Positions 46,776 to 56,107 of a stretch of 64,000 bases of DNA are shown here, in pieces. The DNA comes from an uncultured Candidatus Saccharibacteria bacterium. Its GTDB lineage: Bacteria; Patescibacteriota; UBA1384; DTJR01. Position 1 is the stretch's first letter. Every line of letters starts with the position of its first letter. The notes under the pieces are model-generated. The model made no database searches. It saw only the letters and a list, made by a program, of their open reading frames with translations, and was not told where the DNA came from. A program made the position numbers and the translations under genes. The stretch spans positions 7,081-71,080 of the forward strand of contig CAZIOI010000001.1 in NCBI GenBank assembly GCA_964540855.1, written 5' to 3'.

Positions 46776-46879
46776 TTATCATTTTAATCTTTAACTTTTG
46801 ATATTTAATTTTGCGTTAACTTGTTCCCGTGTTTTTTAATTCGCATTATTTGGTAGAATTGTAATAGAAAAGGAGGGGT

Positions 46880-47461
46880 CTGTCGCTTTCTAACAGAGGA
46901 AAAATTATCCTTCTATTTTCCGCAGTTATAGTTGTCGGGATTATTGTTTTTGCCTATTTTTACCTTAATCGCGAGGGCTCAAATACTACGACAAACGGGA
47001 CATCTCCCGCAGCCGAAGAGAGTAAAATCGTACTTCAGAGGATTTACGAAAGTCCCCAAGCTTTAAGTTCCGAGACAATCACTCCAAGTAGCGGCGCAAC
47101 CCAGATAGCACCAACCACCAGCCCGACAACAACAGCAGCCAAGCCGACTGCGACCCCGGGGATTTTTGATTATACTGCGAGAGATACCGCCACAGCCGAT
47201 AAAGACACTGTCAAACTGGTTGATGAAATTAAAAAAGAAATCGGCGATAAAGACGTCTGCCAATTGGCAAATATTTCCAATAGCTGGTCAAACCCTGTAG
47301 AGAAAACTGTATGCGGGACAATGAAGTTTGCGGCTGAAAAAGTTTTGGTTCCGATGCTAGAATTTTCCTGTTTCATGTATGCAGGAGCGATGAATCTAAA
47401 TTATGACGCAGATATAACGGCAAATTTTAAGGACAATCAATGCAATTTACAAGACAGATAG
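46880..47461 (+). CDS. Small signal-anchored secreted protein with Thr/Pro-rich linker and 4-Cys C-terminal domain; no in-frame ATG start
   Basis: Open frame from 46868 to 47461. AAAGGAGGGG at 46869-46878 lies just upstream. The only nearby in-frame starts are non-canonical (CTG 46880, ATT 46904). It encodes …IILLFSAVIVVGIIVFAYFYL (anchor), a T/P/A-rich linker and …DVCQLANISNSW…CGTMKF…FSCFMY…NQCNLQDR. The stop overlaps the start of the next gene. Confidence 0.45.
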   Translation: MSLSNRGKIILLFSAVIVVGIIVFAYFYLNREGSNTTTNGTSPAAEESKIVLQRIYESPQALSSETITPSSGATQIAPTTSPTTTAAKPTATPGIFDYTARDTATADKDTVKLVDEIKKEIGDKDVCQLANISNSWSNPVEKTVCGTMKFAAEKVLVPMLEFSCFMYAGAMNLNYDADITANFKDNQCNLQDR

Positions 47462-50433
47462 TCAAAGCATTTATTACTGTAATTATAGTTATAATTGTGG
47501 CATTGGCCGCGCCGAACTTTTTTGGCAAAGACGACAAAATAAATGAGAGTGTATTCCACAAAGAAGATATGCATCTTTCAATTGCATACAGCAGAGCATC
47601 TGCGTACCAATATGGCGACACAACAAATGTAACAAAAGTGTTGGCAAAGCAGTCCGGTAAAAATGGGGAATGGGTCTTTACGATATACAAAATAGCTCTA
47701 TCGTTTGTAAATATTATTGTGGTTTGTTTTTTAATATTTGTCGCTCTTGCCAATATCCTACAGTATGACATTAAAAATTATGCGATAAAGGCTGTCTTGC
47801 CAAAGCTCGTAGGATCAGTCATAGCAGCCAATTTGTCAATGACTATTTTTGTCTTTGCGTCAAAGATCATCGACTCTATGATGGGAATATCAATTTTTAA
47901 ACCGCTCGGGTGGGATTGGTTTTCTTTTATTATTGGGGGGCACGGTTGGCAAATTGGCACAGCCGGAACAATAGGGGTACTCATTGGTCTTTTAGCAAAA
48001 ATTTTTTTGGGTGTCTTCGGGTGGGTTAGCGTGGTCATAGTAGTTATAGGCTTGCTAGCGGCGCTTCTTCTGGCACTATTTGTGTCATTGATCCTTGCGT
48101 TCAGACCGTACGTCGTTCTACTGTGCGTCGCAGTTGCCCCAATCGCGATTGTTTGCTACGCGCTCCCGCAAACCTCAAAAGTATTCAGTAGATGGGCCAG
48201 GGTCGCTGTTGTATGGCTTACCCTGCCAATCCTGGCTAATTTCATCCTACGAGTCGTCATGTTAATCCCCTCTGGAACAAAAATGACTTTGACTTTGGGG
48301 GAATTTGGTCCTGTCAGCGGTATCGTAGGCTTTTTAGTTCCGACAATAGTTAGAGGCGCAGCTCTCCTATTTGTCGCCAGGCTCCCATTTAAGCTTGGGG
48401 ATGATGTGAGCGGATTAATTTCCACATATGGTCGCAAACTCGGGCGTGGCGCCATGGTCGCCAGCGGCCAACTCGCTTATTGGTCTGATCGAAAACAAAA
48501 ACAGAAAGAAGTCGAGGCCGATAATAGAAGCAGGGGGAACACACGCAAAGCATATGAAAGCGGAAGTATTGGTGAAATAGCAAATTTTTATATGGAAAGA
48601 GAAAAGGAAAAAAGAGCAGAAGCATTGAAAAAGCAGGCTGATGGTAAAACTCTAACCAGAGATGAATATGCATATACCATGCTAACTGATCCGGATATCC
48701 GAGCAAGCGCAGAACAAAAAGCGCGAAGCGGTTTGGCAGCTCAAGTCCAATATACGAATCCTAGCGATTACAATGACGCGCTAGTAGAAATGCAAAGCGA
48801 GCAAACCGCACTTCAAAACAAGATTGCAACAAACAAAGCGTTGAATGAAAGAGAGAAAATATTGAGAAAACAAGGCTTCCACACTTTGTCATTAGGCGAC
48901 CTTGAGAAGAAGGCAAAGGAAGAAGTCGCACAACGAAACCGAGAAACAATTTCCGATGAAATTAGCAGAAGAGATGTGGCTGCACAAAAGGAAACCGGAA
49001 CACACAGGGCTTTGGAATATGTCAAAAAAAGCAATTTGTATGGTGTTATGAGCACAATCAAAGAAAACCTTGACTATGACGAAGCAGAGCGCGGTAAAAC
49101 ATTTGCAAAATATTCGTGGTTTGCTGAACAAACCAGAGGTCGATATGCACAAGGAAAATATATGTCGGCTGTTGTCAAGGAAGATCTCGCTGATCTTGGA
49201 ACATCGGAAGAAATGGCGGAATATTTGAAGCCGGCTTTCCAGGCTTTCTACGAGAATGTAGCCAGCGCGATGGGGCAGACAACCGTCACTGATGCTGTAA
49301 AGCTGGAAGCTAACGCTATGTTAAGAAGATACAGGACCCAAGTTAAGGGGCTTAAAGATTATATGCAACACCCATATTTTGATAATATAAAACCCAATAC
49401 AGCGGCAAACATTGTTCAGGGCGATTATGCCCTCAATCAACAATTGGCCAGAGAAGCGCGCGGACGTAACCGACCCGGTCAAGATAGAATTATCGAGGAA
49501 CGCAAACGTGAAATATTTGGCTCCGGCTCGCCAACTACACCGGAGCAAAAACGTATCACCGCGCTGGAACAGCAAAACCAGAGGAGAAGCTTGCTGTTAT
49601 TACAACAGATAGCGAGGCAAACTACCGGTGTCACGCAGAAACAAGCATTTGCCAGGGCAATTGAGTTAGCAGACGAGATGGGCCATGGTCTGGGCGTCGA
49701 TAGTATTGAAGATCTGCCTAGAAGTCACTCCGAATTAAAGGATGTTTCTCACGAGAATATCTATATGACAAAAGTTGCCCTCGCCGCAAGATCAGAAGAA
49801 GGAAGGCGCGTTGCTGCACTTACAGAGAGAATCAGCGGCCAGGAAGATGTCGATGCAATCATGCAATCGCATTATGTTCTGGGTCAAGCCGCAACTAATC
49901 CAAGCAGCGTTTCGCCGGAACTAATCTCTAGAGCAAAAACTGTTATTGGTCAAAAAATGAACATTAACCCCTCTTTGGTTGATGTGGCCAACAGCAATAC
50001 ACTTCTAAAAGCAGCCGAAGCCGCGACCGTTTCTGACCTAGCGGGTCAAAGAACAAAGATTACTGACCCAATAGAGGTTCAATACAGGATTGGCACGCAG
50101 GTCATGAGAGATCGTGCCGTCACCGATACAGAGGCTATTTTACAAGACATCAGGACACAAATCGCAAGTGGCATACAGTCAACGGACATTGATCTTGGAT
50201 CTATTGACACACAGGTTCGCGCCCTCACAGATCCTCACTTGCAACTAGAATTCGGATCGGCATGGACCGGTCAAACAGTAGCTCTAAAAGAACAGGTTAT
50301 TGCCGAGACCTCCAAGCAGTTGCAACAAGCTGTAGCATCCGCTGACTCTGCCCTAGTCGCAGAAGCTGAGTCGCAAGTTCCGATAATGATCTCAGAAACA
50401 TTTAAAAAAATAGCTTCCCAACCAAGGAGTTAG
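47440..50433 (+). CDS. Giant polytopic membrane protein (997 aa): signal peptide, ~6 TM, ~620-aa charged coiled-coil C-terminal domain; VirB6/TrbL-like topology; paralog of 51790..54639 and 11760..14705
   Basis: The signal peptide MQFTRQIVKAFITVIIVIIVALAAPNFFG is followed by several hydrophobic helices. The motif …NYAIKAVLPKLVGSVIAAN… is shared with the 949-aa paralog (…NTYAIKKALPSIIIAIIGG…). The C-terminal half is E/K/Q/R/A-rich. Confidence 0.6.
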   Translation: MQFTRQIVKAFITVIIVIIVALAAPNFFGKDDKINESVFHKEDMHLSIAYSRASAYQYGDTTNVTKVLAKQSGKNGEWVFTIYKIALSFVNIIVVCFLIFVALANILQYDIKNYAIKAVLPKLVGSVIAANLSMTIFVFASKIIDSMMGISIFKPLGWDWFSFIIGGHGWQIGTAGTIGVLIGLLAKIFLGVFGWVSVVIVVIGLLAALLLALFVSLILAFRPYVVLLCVAVAPIAIVCYALPQTSKVFSRWARVAVVWLTLPILANFILRVVMLIPSGTKMTLTLGEFGPVSGIVGFLVPTIVRGAALLFVARLPFKLGDDVSGLISTYGRKLGRGAMVASGQLAYWSDRKQKQKEVEADNRSRGNTRKAYESGSIGEIANFYMEREKEKRAEALKKQADGKTLTRDEYAYTMLTDPDIRASAEQKARSGLAAQVQYTNPSDYNDALVEMQSEQTALQNKIATNKALNEREKILRKQGFHTLSLGDLEKKAKEEVAQRNRETISDEISRRDVAAQKETGTHRALEYVKKSNLYGVMSTIKENLDYDEAERGKTFAKYSWFAEQTRGRYAQGKYMSAVVKEDLADLGTSEEMAEYLKPAFQAFYENVASAMGQTTVTDAVKLEANAMLRRYRTQVKGLKDYMQHPYFDNIKPNTAANIVQGDYALNQQLAREARGRNRPGQDRIIEERKREIFGSGSPTTPEQKRITALEQQNQRRSLLLLQQIARQTTGVTQKQAFARAIELADEMGHGLGVDSIEDLPRSHSELKDVSHENIYMTKVALAARSEEGRRVAALTERISGQEDVDAIMQSHYVLGQAATNPSSVSPELISRAKTVIGQKMNINPSLVDVANSNTLLKAAEAATVSDLAGQRTKITDPIEVQYRIGTQVMRDRAVTDTEAILQDIRTQIASGIQSTDIDLGSIDTQVRALTDPHLQLEFGSAWTGQTVALKEQVIAETSKQLQQAVASADSALVAEAESQVPIMISETFKKIASQPRS

Positions 50434-50434
50434 T

Positions 50435-51793
50435 TTGGAAACAGAAGAGCAAACAACAGACTCCACAGAACAACAGCCGGAAGCAGATTACGGAGTCGGT
50501 CGAAGTGTCGCCGACAGAGTCAGCGAATCAAATGATACTTTTCGTGCCGCCGACAAATTATCCGGTGGTCGTATTGGCAGCGCTACTAAAAAAGCTGGAG
50601 AGGCTTTTGACAAGACAGGATTGGGACAAGGTATTAACAAAGCCCGTCAAGCCGCCAGCAGTGCCAAGAGTGCCGCAACCAAGCAAGTTACCGAGGCAGG
50701 CAAAAAAGTCGCCGGCAAAGCAGTACAAAAAGGCGCCGAGCTTGCTGCCAAAGCAGGAATTTCTGCTGCTACCGGCGCCGCAACAGCTGGCGTCTCCACT
50801 GCTGTTCAGGCAGGATTGGAAGGCATTCAGAAAGCCGCTCAAATAAGCGACAAAATTAGAAAAGCTGTTAAAAGCGCTACCGGCGGACTCATCGATCCGG
50901 ACATTTTTGGTGATCTAAAAGACAAATTAAAGGAGTATTGGAAACAAAATAAATGGAGAATTATCGGCGGCTCGTGTCTTGTTTTCGCTCTTTTGGCGAT
51001 CGCTCCATTTATTATCATGATCGTGATGATTTCAAAATTCTTGTTTTCCGACAATACGGAGCCGACTAATAAGGCGATAATAAACAGCATCAGCTCCCTC
51101 TCATCATCACAAAGGCTATTTTTCACAGGTTCCGGTGATCTGGACGCTATAAAAAACGGCGAGATATCCCAAAACTCGCTCAAGATGATCAATTATTTAG
51201 CCAAAAAACATCAGAGGATAGAGATCAATTACTCGCCCAAGACCGACGAGACATCGACCGGCGCCAACGAACCTTATGAGTTTGATATTGTTTCGGTCGA
51301 TGAGATTCGCTGCAGCGTAAACGGACAAAAAGTCGGATCCGTGCCGATTTATCTTAACTCCAATTACGATTTCGTCTCAGCCGCCAAAAACATCCCCTCA
51401 AACGCCATCTGCGCCAGCGGCTATTACCCGAACATCGAAGCGCAAATAAAATCGGCTTATTTCGACCAGTTTTCGCCGGGCGAATTTCTCGCCGGCGAGA
51501 TCGCAACTCGCGGCAAAATGGTCGCGCAAGAAAAGCTGGCGGAGATCACAGAGGATATATTTAAAGCAAATTCAAACCTTAAAATCAATAGCAGTTCTGA
51601 TGATAGCGTTTTGCCGGCAGCTATCACCATAGACGATAAATACGCTACAATAAATCAGAAGGACAATTCGGCCGGCGTTTTGGTGGTGATGAAAGATAAA
51701 ATTGCGCACTACTATCCAACCGCCGATTCATCAAGCACGGGTGTTCTTAAGTCGACCGGACAAAAATATGGAATACATATAAGTTTCTTATGA
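50435..51793 (+). CDS. Bitopic membrane protein (452 aa): acidic N-terminus, Ala/Lys-rich repeats, single TM, ~240-aa extracytoplasmic domain
   Basis: The N-terminal ~185 aa are low-complexity (KAGEAF…KQVTEAGKKVAGKAVQKGAELAAKAG…). One TM segment (WRIIGGSCLVFALLAIAPFIIMIVMISKFLF). The C-terminal domain has 3 Cys. The start is adjacent to the previous stop, and the stop overlaps the next start (ATGA). Confidence 0.55.
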   Translation: METEEQTTDSTEQQPEADYGVGRSVADRVSESNDTFRAADKLSGGRIGSATKKAGEAFDKTGLGQGINKARQAASSAKSAATKQVTEAGKKVAGKAVQKGAELAAKAGISAATGAATAGVSTAVQAGLEGIQKAAQISDKIRKAVKSATGGLIDPDIFGDLKDKLKEYWKQNKWRIIGGSCLVFALLAIAPFIIMIVMISKFLFSDNTEPTNKAIINSISSLSSSQRLFFTGSGDLDAIKNGEISQNSLKMINYLAKKHQRIEINYSPKTDETSTGANEPYEFDIVSVDEIRCSVNGQKVGSVPIYLNSNYDFVSAAKNIPSNAICASGYYPNIEAQIKSAYFDQFSPGEFLAGEIATRGKMVAQEKLAEITEDIFKANSNLKINSSSDDSVLPAAITIDDKYATINQKDNSAGVLVVMKDKIAHYYPTADSSSTGVLKSTGQKYGIHISFL

Positions 51794-54639
51794 TCAGATT
51801 GATCAAATTTACAGTTATAGTTACGGCAGCTATCGGACTGCTTGTTTTGCCTGCGACAGCCAAGGCAATTCCTTCCGATATAAATTACAAATGGGATAGC
51901 AATGAGTCTCCATTGACCGATGGAGTGAGTGGCACGACCACCAGTGAACAGATATGCCAAGATTTGTTCGCCGCGGATAGCACAAATATTTTTAAAGAAG
52001 TGGTTTGCTCTTTTACTCGACTTGCCGCTTTGTCAATTGCCGACCTCGCCACAGACATTACCTGCTCAATCCAGCAGGTAGGTAACGGCACAAATTATAA
52101 AAGCACTACTTTCTCAAGTAGCTCGGGCAAATGTGAGGAGTCGCCAACAAACCCCTTGGGCGATAAATCCCAAAAAACCGGTTTCTACAGCGACGAACTT
52201 GCGAATTCGACAAGCGCCCTGACTGACTCCCTTTCACCGAGTCAGTCAGCTACTCCATCAGCGGCTTACAAAGGCTTCACAATCGCCAGAAATATTATGG
52301 GGCTTATGGCCGTAGTAGCACTATTTGTCTTTGCCTTTGCTAATATTTTGCACATCGAAGTTAATACATATGCGATCAAAAAGGCTCTCCCATCAATCAT
52401 TATCGCCATTATCGGCGGTGCGCTTTCGATTTATATTGTGTTTTTGCTGTCCAGATTTGTCGATTTCACGTACAGGCTCAATATCTTTTCGCCTTATCAG
52501 GCCTACCATCCAATGCAAAATATCTTCGGCGGATATTTTAATCTCGGGTCGGTTGACCAACTCAAAGATGATAGTGTCAAACTGGTATTCGATGTGGGAT
52601 CAAGCCTGATCGGCGCAAGCGGCGTCAGTTTTTTTGCCGGCGTCTTGGGTTCAATTATGCTGGTTATCCCCGCTCTAGCGACATTTGCCTTCGAATACGT
52701 TCTTTCGCTCAGAGCCTTCGCCGTTCAGATTTTGACAATAATAGCTCCGATCGCCTTCGCTTGCTTGATTTTGCCTCAAACACAAGCGTTTTTCAGAAAA
52801 TGGTGGTCATATTTGTTGATTGCAATCTTTTTTGCACCACTGGCGAACTTTGTATTTTTTATTTTAAACCTTTTTGGATCTTCTTCGAGCGATGTAACAT
52901 CTCTGATGGCACTCTGGTTTTTAAAAACCGTTGCTATTATCTTTTTGATCCGCTTCCCCTTCACGGTCGAAGCAGACACGAAAAAAATTCTTGCAGCCGT
53001 TTCGAAAACAAGCTTTGGCGCGGCGCTTGGACTTAACAGGATTGGCGGCACCGATGTGAAACCACAGAACAAAGAGCAACAGGTTAAATTTGCCAGTATC
53101 GACAAGATAAAAGATATTTCAAAAAATAATCCAAGGGTACTCGCCCCCGCCATAAGGACAAATCAAGCCGGTCAGCTAAGATCGGCCGCGATCGGCAAGC
53201 AAGGCAGACAAGCGATCGCGCCCGCCGGACTGAATAGCTCCATCGAAAAGGCCGTCTCGCAAGCTGCTCAAGACAATGCAAGCCGTTCCGATAATCTGCT
53301 GGTCAAATCTTCGGCAAGTATTGCCAACAGAGCATTCAGAGCCGTTGTGGATCAATCCGATCTTAAACTATGGCGAGATACGAGGCTCATAGAACAGCTC
53401 AAAAATCATAACGGGCAAGTCTTGGACGAACAGGGTGCTGCTATGCGCGCCGATTCGGCGCGCAAGTTGATGAGATTATCGCAGGTCGTGGAAAACGACA
53501 AAATCGCTAACCCCGAGGCGCTAAAAGTGTTGGCGACAAAGGGTGTTCTCGATAATATCCCTATGTCGATAATAAAAAAAGCGATCGATGACGGAATTCT
53601 GCAAAAAAGCGATCTTGCGACAACCTTTGGAGACAACACTAGCAAGGTTATAGAATATATCGATAGCAGCAAACAAACCAGGCAGGGCTTTCTAACCGAT
53701 ACCCAAGCAAAAACATTGATGACTCGAGACCAGAGTGATTACGCAACCGGCTTCAGGGATTTAACTAAGCTTTTCACTGACACGATCAAAGACCCTTCAA
53801 TCTTTCCTCCCCCACCTCCGCCAGTTATAAAAAACATCATTTCACAGATGAGATCGACCGACTCTGATATTTTTGAAAAAAACGGGATGTATTACCTCAA
53901 CCGTCTTGCCCAAATTCAAAAAGCTTCGACAAAAGATATTAGCTCCACCCTTACAAAAACCGGCGTCCAGAATCAGACCGCTTTGGCAATCGCCAAGAAC
54001 CCACGAATCGACTTTTCTGATGCCAAAAAATACACCGACAAGGGTAAGCTAGACTCAAACAGCCTTTCGTTACTCAGAGAAGGATTTTTAAATAGAGACT
54101 TATCCGATAATCTCATCGGCAGTATATCCGCCCTGATGAAAGAGCAAAAAACACTGATTGGCAAAGGGATAACTCAAAAAATTTCCGAGAGCATAAGCAA
54201 AAATCCCGATGGACTTAAACTGTCGGATATCGGCGAAAATATGCGAAAAGTCATTCAGGGGCTACAAAAACCGGCAACGCCGCAGGATATTCAGAAGCTT
54301 GCGGGAGAAGTCGATAAATTTTATCCCGGTGCCGCCCTTAAATCCAGTCTGACCTTAAGCCATGATGACATCCAAGACACATCCAAAAAAGCCGCTGGCA
54401 TATTGGAAACTGTCGAAACTCTAATCCGCTCGGGTATGGATGAAAAATCAATCAACAAAAATCCACAGAAAGCTGTAAATGAAATAGAAAAATCCGTGGC
54501 ACAGGAGATCGAACAAGCGGCTTCCGGCCAAATCGCCAAAGACAGTGAATTTGATACAAAATTATCTAACATATCCAAAAACACGCCGTCTAATACCGGC
54601 TCAAGCATTGCAGACGCTATAACCGCCGGAGCCAAATAA
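51790..54639 (+). CDS. Giant polytopic membrane protein (949 aa): signal peptide, ~140-aa Cys-containing ectodomain, ~6 TM, ~580-aa hydrophilic C-terminal domain; paralog of 47440..50433
   Basis: Signal peptide MIRLIKFTVIVTAAIGLLVLPATAKA. Ectodomain with 5 Cys. The TM block is homologous to the 997-aa protein (…CLILPQTQAFFRKWWSYLL…). The long C-terminus is K/D/S/Q-rich and includes a PPPPPV tract. Confidence 0.6.
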   Translation: MIRLIKFTVIVTAAIGLLVLPATAKAIPSDINYKWDSNESPLTDGVSGTTTSEQICQDLFAADSTNIFKEVVCSFTRLAALSIADLATDITCSIQQVGNGTNYKSTTFSSSSGKCEESPTNPLGDKSQKTGFYSDELANSTSALTDSLSPSQSATPSAAYKGFTIARNIMGLMAVVALFVFAFANILHIEVNTYAIKKALPSIIIAIIGGALSIYIVFLLSRFVDFTYRLNIFSPYQAYHPMQNIFGGYFNLGSVDQLKDDSVKLVFDVGSSLIGASGVSFFAGVLGSIMLVIPALATFAFEYVLSLRAFAVQILTIIAPIAFACLILPQTQAFFRKWWSYLLIAIFFAPLANFVFFILNLFGSSSSDVTSLMALWFLKTVAIIFLIRFPFTVEADTKKILAAVSKTSFGAALGLNRIGGTDVKPQNKEQQVKFASIDKIKDISKNNPRVLAPAIRTNQAGQLRSAAIGKQGRQAIAPAGLNSSIEKAVSQAAQDNASRSDNLLVKSSASIANRAFRAVVDQSDLKLWRDTRLIEQLKNHNGQVLDEQGAAMRADSARKLMRLSQVVENDKIANPEALKVLATKGVLDNIPMSIIKKAIDDGILQKSDLATTFGDNTSKVIEYIDSSKQTRQGFLTDTQAKTLMTRDQSDYATGFRDLTKLFTDTIKDPSIFPPPPPPVIKNIISQMRSTDSDIFEKNGMYYLNRLAQIQKASTKDISSTLTKTGVQNQTALAIAKNPRIDFSDAKKYTDKGKLDSNSLSLLREGFLNRDLSDNLIGSISALMKEQKTLIGKGITQKISESISKNPDGLKLSDIGENMRKVIQGLQKPATPQDIQKLAGEVDKFYPGAALKSSLTLSHDDIQDTSKKAAGILETVETLIRSGMDEKSINKNPQKAVNEIEKSVAQEIEQAASGQIAKDSEFDTKLSNISKNTPSNTGSSIADAITAGAK

Positions 54640-54640
54640 T

Positions 54641-56098
54641 ATGACAGAACAAGAACAATCAGGACAAACTCCGCCGCCGGAACAAGAAAATCCTCCCGAG
54701 GCAACGCCTACGGTTGAGCCCGAAGAAGCTGAGAACCTGACGCAAGAAAACCAAGAAGGGCTGGGTGATCAAAACGAAAGCGAGGTAACGCTAGCGCTTC
54801 GCGAAGCGTTTTTATCCAAAGCGGAACAAGATACCGATATGGAGGGGCTTGCTGGTGCAATGGATTCCTTTATCGACAAAGGTGGTTTCTCTCCAGGTGA
54901 GCTGGACTCTCTGGTGCGAGATGTCTTGGAAGAAAAATCTGCAGTCCTAGGCATAGACAAAGCGCAAGCTGAAACTCTGGCAGGGGAAATTATCTCGATT
55001 GAAGAAGCACTCATTACTCCCTTAAAATCCGAGTTGCCTGACACAAAAGCAATTTCATCTGTCAGAGAATCTTTGTATCAATTAGCATTAAAAAATATAA
55101 TCTCCGGAGAAAAAGTCTGTAGCTTGGTTACATCGATAAAGTTTAGAGAGAATCCGGGGGAAGAAGTTGGTGAACATGCCCAAGCGCTCCACGGTATGTC
55201 GTGCGTATATTTGGTCAATGGTAATTCGCGAGAAATCTATATCTACGGTCCATTTATAAAAGAGAGTAAAACCGCCCAGAGAACCATCATTAGCCACGAA
55301 ATCGGTCACCTTTTGGCGGAATCGACGAATCTTTTTGATTTTGAGCAATATGCAAAGTTTAAGGAATTTGCTCAAAATCCGACTGATGAAAATATTGCTC
55401 TTATGCAAGCGGAAAATCCGCAATTTGCGTATCTTCTACAGGTCATCAAAGAACCAACCGCTCATCTGCCGATGTGGAACCAATATATTAGGGGAAGACT
55501 CAAAAAACTCGAGACTATTTCGCAGCCCGATCAGTTGGCAAAAGAAAGAGTTGCTGTTGCAAAGGAGCTGGTCGCCGAGATGATCGGATCATACCTCTGC
55601 GCCGGTGAAAGCAACGAGGCTTATTTTATAGATCAAATAAAATATTCAAAACCCGAGGATGTTATCGCTTACATTAAGGGTTTGTGCGGCTGTGATCAGG
55701 ATGATCAATTCGTAGCATTTTGCCGACAAAACGGCGTTGATCTTGCCGCCTTAAGAGACGGTAGTTCATCCGAAATCATCAGAAAGCTCTCAGAAATCCC
55801 GCAATTGCAGATAGTATTTAAGTCGAGCGCTTCTTGGCGCGAGATGCTTGCAAACAGTCTATCGGACAGAGGCACGAGACTGGAAACTAACGGAAAGACG
55901 GATGCTATTGGGGAAGATTATGATGATGACGGATTTATAGGAACAGATGGGGAAAGTCTGGCTCAATCCTATACTATGGCGCAGCGCGCCGGCGGCACTC
56001 AAGCCGGAGAAAAATCGGAAAACGCTTTTGAAAAAGTGTGGGATTTTCTGACAGGAAACGCCGCAAGAACACCCGGTGCGACTAAGAAGGCCGCCTAG
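54641..56098 (+). CDS. Acidic soluble protein (485 aa) with HEIGH (HExxH) zinc-metallopeptidase-like motif, ImmA/IrrE-like context
   Basis: No TM segment. The N-terminus is E/P/Q-rich. The motif …QRTIISHEIGHLLAEST… fits the R-x-[FT]-x3-HE-x-GH-LL pattern of ImmA/IrrE (COG2856) zincins. The start is 2 nt after the previous stop. Confidence 0.5.
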   Translation: MTEQEQSGQTPPPEQENPPEATPTVEPEEAENLTQENQEGLGDQNESEVTLALREAFLSKAEQDTDMEGLAGAMDSFIDKGGFSPGELDSLVRDVLEEKSAVLGIDKAQAETLAGEIISIEEALITPLKSELPDTKAISSVRESLYQLALKNIISGEKVCSLVTSIKFRENPGEEVGEHAQALHGMSCVYLVNGNSREIYIYGPFIKESKTAQRTIISHEIGHLLAESTNLFDFEQYAKFKEFAQNPTDENIALMQAENPQFAYLLQVIKEPTAHLPMWNQYIRGRLKKLETISQPDQLAKERVAVAKELVAEMIGSYLCAGESNEAYFIDQIKYSKPEDVIAYIKGLCGCDQDDQFVAFCRQNGVDLAALRDGSSSEIIRKLSEIPQLQIVFKSSASWREMLANSLSDRGTRLETNGKTDAIGEDYDDDGFIGTDGESLAQSYTMAQRAGGTQAGEKSENAFEKVWDFLTGNAARTPGATKKAA

Positions 56099-56107
56099 GA
56101 GATTTCC

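Noticed and set aside
46528-46794. 88-aa + ORF in the GC-rich intergenic block
   Set aside because: Composition (P/R/L-rich) and dense stem-loops point to structured RNA rather than protein. No SD. The frame is open only because GC richness suppresses stops.
47778-49152. Cluster of antisense ORFs (47778..48038, 48156..48455, 48389..48706, 48761..49152) opposite the 997-aa gene
   Set aside because: They are all antisense to a long, internally consistent membrane-protein ORF with paralogs. Their proteins are low-complexity and Cys-rich, with no start context.
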